Of a DNA stretch of 64,000 bases, positions 58,660-64,000 are shown one piece after another (within the stretch, counting starts at the first letter, position 1; every line of letters starts with the position of its first letter). Made by a program: the position numbers and the translations under genes. The notes below the pieces were generated by a model, which ran no database searches, was not told the DNA's origin, and saw only the letters and a program-made list of their open reading frames with translations. The stretch spans positions 75,499-139,498 of the forward strand of contig JAZRPS010000018.1 in NCBI GenBank assembly GCA_045649345.1, written 5' to 3'. The stretch comes from Candidatus Enterousia sp. GTDB taxonomy: Bacteria; Pseudomonadota; Alphaproteobacteria; Rs-D84.

Positions 58660-59511
58660 TTATTTATCTGCTTTTTCTGCCAATTTGCCACGACGTTCTG
58701 CGCGCGCTTCGGACGTTTTGGATTTGATTTTTGCTTCTTTTTCTTTGATTTCATCTTCCAATTCGTCTGCAACATCAGCCTTTATATCAGCTTCTGCTTT
58801 TTTGCCAGCCGCACCGCCCAAACGTTTTTCAATACCAGACAAAATCGCATCTACGAACAAGTCGCAATACAACTGTGTTGCACGTGACGCATCATCATTA
58901 CCTGGTACTGGATAGTCAACCATTTCTGGATTTGCGTTTGTATCACAAATTGCAATTGTTGGGATATCCAGGTTTTTCGCTTCGCGAACAGCATTCATTT
59001 CACGTGGCACATCAATAACAACCATCGCCTGTGGTGTACCGTGCATTTCCATAATACCACCGAAAATACCGCGCAGTTTTTCAACTTCCTTGGTCATAAC
59101 ACCAACTTCTTTCTTGGTTAAGCCCAACTTTTCTGCATTTGCGATATCTGCTTCCATCTTTTTCAAGCGACGGATAGACTGTGAAACTGTTGTCCAGTTT
59201 GTCAACATACCGCCCAACCAGCGATTGTTAACATAATACTGACCACAACGTTCTGCGGCATCTTTAACGATGTCTTTTGCCTGATGCTTGGTTGCAACAA
59301 ACAAAACCTTACCACCTGCGGCAGCAATCGCTTCCAGTGCAACCAAAGAACGATGCAACAATGGTGCAGTCTTGTTCAAGTTAATGATGTGAATTTTATC
59401 TTTGACGCCATAAACATATGGTGTCATCAACGGATTCCAGCGACGTGTGTGGTGACCAAAATGAACACCTGCTTCCATCAACTGTTTCATTGTAAATGTT
59501 GGCAATGCCAT
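58660..59511 (-). CDS. rpsB: 30S ribosomal protein S2
   Basis: MALPTFTMKQLMEAGVHFGHHTRRWNP followed by an acidic/Lys-rich C-terminal tail. Start trimmed to 59511. Confidence 0.9.
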   Translation of the reverse strand: MALPTFTMKQLMEAGVHFGHHTRRWNPLMTPYVYGVKDKIHIINLNKTAPLLHRSLVALEAIAAAGGKVLFVATKHQAKDIVKDAAERCGQYYVNNRWLGGMLTNWTTVSQSIRRLKKMEADIANAEKLGLTKKEVGVMTKEVEKLRGIFGGIMEMHGTPQAMVVIDVPREMNAVREAKNLDIPTIAICDTNANPEMVDYPVPGNDDASRATQLYCDLFVDAILSGIEKRLGGAAGKKAEADIKADVADELEDEIKEKEAKIKSKTSEARAERRGKLAEKADK

Positions 59512-59713
59512 GATTTCATCCTTTTTTGTGTTATTATCCTCACCGTGTGCGGAACCCAAATCACCAGATTTGGACACAAATCTTGCACAACGGCTGTGTT
59601 CTTCGCACAACGTGCGTGCCACGATAATAGCCAAATCTTATAAAAAAATCAAGTAAAATGTTAATTTTGTCCAACTTTTCCCAACATCTTATTAATCTTG
59701 ACAAACGATTTGT

Positions 59714-61576
59714 TTGTATTATATTTATTGTGTGTGGGCAAGATATAGAATTTTTATCACATCACTTATATGTGCAACAGCAATTTGCGCACCTGTTCAC
59801 GCACAAAACTGCAACAGCGAAGTATACCGACTTTATCACCCAGACAAATGTGACAAATTCGTAAATTCAACCATAAAAAAAAGCGCGATTATTACTGGTT
59901 CTGCCATTGGATTGGTCGGTGGCGCAATCGTATTGTTCGGCAATACGTCATCGGATTCATCTTCTGACAACGGCACACCACAAGCATTACAACCAACCGC
60001 ATCAACATATGACCATGTCGGCGCCGATGTCGATATCGCCAGTATCAATCGGATAATCCAAGACCACGAATATTCTAAAAACATAAACCAATATAACGAA
60101 ATTCGTTTGGCATATTCTTTAGCACGTGGCTATACAGGATTAGGCAGTACAATTGCGGTTCTCGATTCTGGCAAAAACACATGGCACGGCGGAAATGTTG
60201 CATATTTCGCGTCTGGTCAAATCGCACCAAACGCGACTGTAAATTCATACATGGTATCTGATCGCGACGGAAACTTTATGCCATTTAACGAAATTGCAAA
60301 TGTTATTGAATCTGCAAACGGATCAAATATTTACAATTTCAGTTGGGCAATGGACAAACCCGCCACACAAATAAAGTCACGAACACAACTGGAACGCTTG
60401 ACCAGTGTAAACTTTATAAATTCATTAACAAATGCTGCCACACAAAACGATGCAATCTTTGTTTGGGCAGCAGGCAACGAATATCGCACACAACCAAACG
60501 CGTTGGCAGCAATGCCAAATGTTATCCCAGAATTACAAGGTCATGTTGTGAACGTCGTCGCATGGGACAGCGTAACAGGCGCATTGGCCGACTTCAGCAA
60601 TTCATGTGGCGTCACAATGAATTATTGCATAACCGCCCCAGGCACAAACTTAACAACGCCACAATCATCAGAAACACTGAACGGCACCAGTTTTGCTGCC
60701 CCAATCGTATCATCTGCTATCGCAGTAATACGCGAAGCATTCCCATACATGAAATCCACAGAAATAACACACTTACTATTCACAACTGCACGCGACCTGG
60801 GCATCGCCGGCATTGACGAAACATACGGTCACGGAATGCTGGACCTGGAACGTGCAACCCGCCCCGTTGGCACGCCACTGGTGCCATTATCAGATGGCAC
60901 GACCGTCAACCTGACCCAGGCACGCGTTGGTTCTTCTATTGGCAACCAAATAAAATCCAAAGATATAAAATTTGCCTTTGTTGATTCGTATGGCCGCGCA
61001 TTTGAAACGTCACTGAACAACAACATAAAAATACAGAACCGCAGCATTGGATTCGAACGCCTGCGCGAACACAACACCCCCCAGGCAAAAATCGGAAAAA
61101 TCACATTTGGCATAAAACAAAGCGACCTGCTGATGGCAGACGGTTTTTTACAATCCAACACACGCAACACCATGACATTCATCAGATATGATGATAAAAT
61201 CCAACTTGGCAACACGGAATTATTCCAACAGACGACATTTGGTTCAATGAACCCACGCCCAACACCCGAATCAATGATTTCTGGGTTTTTTAACGTATAC
61301 ACAGCATCTATTTTCATTGGCGCACGTTATAATGACCTAAGTTTCAGCATCGGCATACCAGACACAATTGTTGGCGGCAACGCGCACCTGAATATACCAA
61401 CAGGACGCACCACATCCGGCGAATATACATTCCGCGGCGCAACCATTGATTTAACAAATCATGACCCCACACTGGAATACAACGCAACATATAAATTTGT
61501 GACAGCCGGCTTTGTTGACAATCCATACGGCACAGACGAATTTTACATTTTGGGGCGCGGTCGCCTAAAATTTTAA
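59714..61576 (+). CDS. Subtilisin-like (S8) serine peptidase with probable C-terminal autotransporter beta-domain; atypical Asp/His spacing
   Basis: Signal peptide, then VLDSG, AAGNEY and GTSFAAP motifs. The only nearby His (TWHGG) lies 7 residues after the Asp. The C-terminal ~250 aa has alternating beta-strand character and ends ...RGRLKF. Confidence 0.55.
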   Translation: MYYIYCVWARYRIFITSLICATAICAPVHAQNCNSEVYRLYHPDKCDKFVNSTIKKSAIITGSAIGLVGGAIVLFGNTSSDSSSDNGTPQALQPTASTYDHVGADVDIASINRIIQDHEYSKNINQYNEIRLAYSLARGYTGLGSTIAVLDSGKNTWHGGNVAYFASGQIAPNATVNSYMVSDRDGNFMPFNEIANVIESANGSNIYNFSWAMDKPATQIKSRTQLERLTSVNFINSLTNAATQNDAIFVWAAGNEYRTQPNALAAMPNVIPELQGHVVNVVAWDSVTGALADFSNSCGVTMNYCITAPGTNLTTPQSSETLNGTSFAAPIVSSAIAVIREAFPYMKSTEITHLLFTTARDLGIAGIDETYGHGMLDLERATRPVGTPLVPLSDGTTVNLTQARVGSSIGNQIKSKDIKFAFVDSYGRAFETSLNNNIKIQNRSIGFERLREHNTPQAKIGKITFGIKQSDLLMADGFLQSNTRNTMTFIRYDDKIQLGNTELFQQTTFGSMNPRPTPESMISGFFNVYTASIFIGARYNDLSFSIGIPDTIVGGNAHLNIPTGRTTSGEYTFRGATIDLTNHDPTLEYNATYKFVTAGFVDNPYGTDEFYILGRGRLKF

Positions 61577-62181
61577 TCCCATTCTGGCATTATCTCATTT
61601 TTTTCTATAAAACGTGTCAGCGTATCACGATGCACGTGCAATCTTCGTGCAATTTCATATTTACTGCGCCCTGCCCCCAATTTTTGTGCGATATATTTTT
61701 CACGTCCACACAGCTTAGAATTACTTAAACAACCACGAGGTCGCCCGATAACCTTGCCTTCTGCCTTTACACGCGCCAGGGCCTCTTTGGTACGTTGGGA
61801 AATTAAGTTTCTTTCAATTTCCGCGGACAAACCAAATGCGAACGCCAAAACCTTGCTGGTTATATCACTGCCCAGGCGATAATTATCTTTTATTGTCCAA
61901 ATTCTTGCCCCTACATCCATACAATGGTGCAATATACTCATAACCTGCAACAAATTTCGCCCCAATCGTGATAATTCTGATGCAATAATCATATCATCTT
62001 TTTTTAACTTTTTGATTAATCGCCCTAGCTTTCGTTTTTCTAAATCCGTTGTTGACGATATTTTTTCAACAATCCAGCTATCTATAATCAAATCTTGTTT
62101 TTCACAAAACTTTTCAATTTCAAACCGTTGATTTTCTGTATTTTGATGTTCTGTTGACACACGAATATAACCATAAATCAT
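61573..62181 (-). CDS. Serine recombinase (resolvase/invertase family)
   Basis: MIYGYIRVSTEHQNTENQ catalytic Ser motif plus a C-terminal HTH. Its stop overlaps the stop of the S8 gene by 4 nt (convergent). Confidence 0.8.
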   Translation of the reverse strand: MIYGYIRVSTEHQNTENQRFEIEKFCEKQDLIIDSWIVEKISSTTDLEKRKLGRLIKKLKKDDMIIASELSRLGRNLLQVMSILHHCMDVGARIWTIKDNYRLGSDITSKVLAFAFGLSAEIERNLISQRTKEALARVKAEGKVIGRPRGCLSNSKLCGREKYIAQKLGAGRSKYEIARRLHVHRDTLTRFIEKNEIMPEWD

Positions 62182-62287
62182 TTCTTGCCCCTATAAATCT
62201 GTTGGTTAAAATAAAAAATCCTTGCAATTTCGTATGATTCTTGCTCAAATTCAAGACAAGGAAAAAAAACGAACAAAGGAAGTGAAT

Positions 62288-62746
62288 ATGGCAGGCAGCA
62301 TTAACAAAGTTATTCTGGTTGGCAACATTGGTCAAGAACCCCAGGTTCGCACAATGGGCAGCGGACAAAAAGTGGTCAGTTTTTCATTGGCAACATCTGA
62401 TCGTTGGCGCGACCGTGCAACAGGTGAACAAAAAGAACAAACCGAATGGCACCGCGTTGTAATCTTTAACCCAAATTTAGTAGAGGTTGCAGAACGCATG
62501 TTGCAAAAAGGAACAAAATTATATATAGAAGGTTCACTGCGTACGCGCAAATGGCAAAATCAACAGGGCGCAGATGTTTATACAACAGAAGTGGTATTAA
62601 ATCCATTCGGTGGTCAAATGGTAATTCTGTCTGGCGCCAAAACAATGGATTCAATGGGTGGCGATTATGGCACACCATCTGCACCAGCAACGACCCCACG
62701 CGAAGAAATATCTGTTGCAGACATTGGCGACGATATTCCATTCTAA
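62288..62746 (+). CDS. ssb: Single-stranded DNA-binding protein
   Basis: [23 protein letters not shown]...WHRVVIF with a C-terminal DDIPF acidic tip. RBS AAGGAAG; a terminator follows at 62766-62795. Confidence 0.9.
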   Translation: MAGSINKVILVGNIGQEPQVRTMGSGQKVVSFSLATSDRWRDRATGEQKEQTEWHRVVIFNPNLVEVAERMLQKGTKLYIEGSLRTRKWQNQQGADVYTTEVVLNPFGGQMVILSGAKTMDSMGGDYGTPSAPATTPREEISVADIGDDIPF

Positions 62747-62867
62747 AAAAATATACATCTTTATACAATCCGCCAAACCCGGCGGATTTTTTTATGTGCA
62801 ATGCTTCCTATGGAACCCATACCACGAAATATAAATAATTTATATATCAACCAAAGGGGCATACACA

Positions 62868-63953
62868 ATGCAAAAAAATCATTCAAAATTCATCGCAACA
62901 TTTGTTATATGTCTGGGGCTGGTTCAGACCGCCAATGCATGTACAGGTATAACTTTACGCTCAAAAGACGACGCAACAATTGTTGCACGCACAATTGATT
63001 GGTCTGGGACAGAAATGAACAATATTTATACCGTTGTTCCACGTGGTCATCAACAGCAATCACTGTTGCCCGACGAAACAATGGGCGGTTTGGAATTCAT
63101 TTCCCTTTATGGCTATGTAGGCATGGCGGTAGAACAACCAGAATTTGTTGTCGACGGCACAAACGAAGCAGGTCTATCTGCAGCCCTATTCTATTTCCCA
63201 AATTATGGCGAATATCAACCATATAACGAAGCAGACAAAGACATTTCTCTGGCTGACTTTCAGGTTGTATCATGGATATTATCACGCTTTTCTACCATTG
63301 ACCAGGTCAAGAACGCTATTAACAACGTACGCATAATAAACATCGACCCCAGCGCATCAACCGTACATTGGCGCATAACAGAACCCAACGGTCGTCAGGT
63401 TGTAATGGAAATCGTTGACGGCGTGCCACACTTTTATGAAAACGAAATTGGCGTACTGACAAATTCACCTGGATTTGAATGGCAAATGACCAACCTAAAC
63501 AACTACGTAAATCTACATCCTGGTGGCGCAGGTCCAACTGCATTTGGTCCGATAACCCTGCGCGCATTTGGATCTGGTTCCGGATTTCGTGGGATTCCAG
63601 GCGACTTCACACCACCATCACGCTTTGTTCGCGCTGCTTTCTTTAAAACATATTCGCTGCAACAAGAAACAGCATACGACACCATGCAACAGGCATTTCA
63701 TATCTTAAACAACTTTGATGTGCCGCTGGGCATACAATTCAAAGTCGGTCAGGCGCCAAACAATATGCCATCTGCAACCCAATGGACGGTCGCGACAGAT
63801 TTAAAAAATATGGTGATATATTACCACACTATGTACAACCGGGCGATTCGCAGTATCAATATGAAAGAAATAGATTTTGCCACCGTTCCATTTCAGTATC
63901 ATCTATTGGACACAGTCAAACGCCAAACTATTATACCGGTACAGATTGATTAA
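62868..63953 (+). CDS. Choloylglycine hydrolase / penicillin V acylase-family Ntn hydrolase (linear amide C-N hydrolase), secreted
   Basis: The signal peptide ends ...TANA|CTGITL with an N-terminal nucleophile Cys. The Ntn-hydrolase fold spans ~335 aa. Confidence 0.7.
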   Translation: MQKNHSKFIATFVICLGLVQTANACTGITLRSKDDATIVARTIDWSGTEMNNIYTVVPRGHQQQSLLPDETMGGLEFISLYGYVGMAVEQPEFVVDGTNEAGLSAALFYFPNYGEYQPYNEADKDISLADFQVVSWILSRFSTIDQVKNAINNVRIINIDPSASTVHWRITEPNGRQVVMEIVDGVPHFYENEIGVLTNSPGFEWQMTNLNNYVNLHPGGAGPTAFGPITLRAFGSGSGFRGIPGDFTPPSRFVRAAFFKTYSLQQETAYDTMQQAFHILNNFDVPLGIQFKVGQAPNNMPSATQWTVATDLKNMVIYYHTMYNRAIRSINMKEIDFATVPFQYHLLDTVKRQTIIPVQID

Positions 63954-64000
63954 AGAACGGGGCAGTTGCCCCGTTTAATTTTTACTGTTTACAATTGGAT

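Noticed and set aside
62181-62288. Short inverted repeats (CCTTG...CAAGG, TCTTG...CAAGA) between the recombinase and ssb, as possible hix/res sites
   Set aside because: They are only 5 bp long and show no match to known hix or res half-sites, which is insufficient to call a recombination site.

Overview
This 64-kb window looks like chromosome from a low-GC (~40%) alphaproteobacterium-like genome: it carries ccrM, rodZ, nrdR, tspO, a dus/ftsB divergent pair and a YbhGFSR-type exporter. Most of the window is core housekeeping: hisS (partial), tkt, rnhA, rlmE, uvrA, dus, ftsB, rpsU, rho, eno, nrdR, rnhB, pgk, clpX/clpP, recO, tsf, rpsB and ssb. Five tRNA genes are present (Arg-TCT, Ser-TGA, Pro-TGG, Ala-TGC, Gln-CTG), all on the minus strand.

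The most unusual signal is that four of the five tRNA genes are shadowed by partial copies of themselves.
- Downstream of tRNA-Arg, tRNA-Ser and tRNA-Pro there is a second, truncated tRNA 3'-portion (T-arm plus acceptor plus flank).
- In each of these, the T-loop is split after TTCGA(A) by an intervening sequence ending in AATTTAC.
- The Arg and Ser copies carry the same 50-bp insert (49/50 identical) at exactly the same T-loop position.
- tRNA-Ser also has a duplicated 5' fragment upstream of it.
- tRNA-Gln has its 5' half (38 bp) repeated 2.7 kb away, bracketing a three-gene islet of secreted/unknown proteins.

Accessory segments also include a large autotransporter, a standalone SRP54 M-domain gene next to uvrA, and an Arg-rich secreted protein co-transcribed with an arginase-family enzyme. 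Between dsbA-like and tsf lies an accessory stretch with an 868-aa Cys-rich glycine-zipper protein, a VanX-like dipeptidase, the tRNA-Gln islet, an HExxH protein and a His-rich protein. The window ends with an S8 autotransporter, a serine recombinase and an Ntn hydrolase. No CRISPR array, rRNA or IS transposase was seen.
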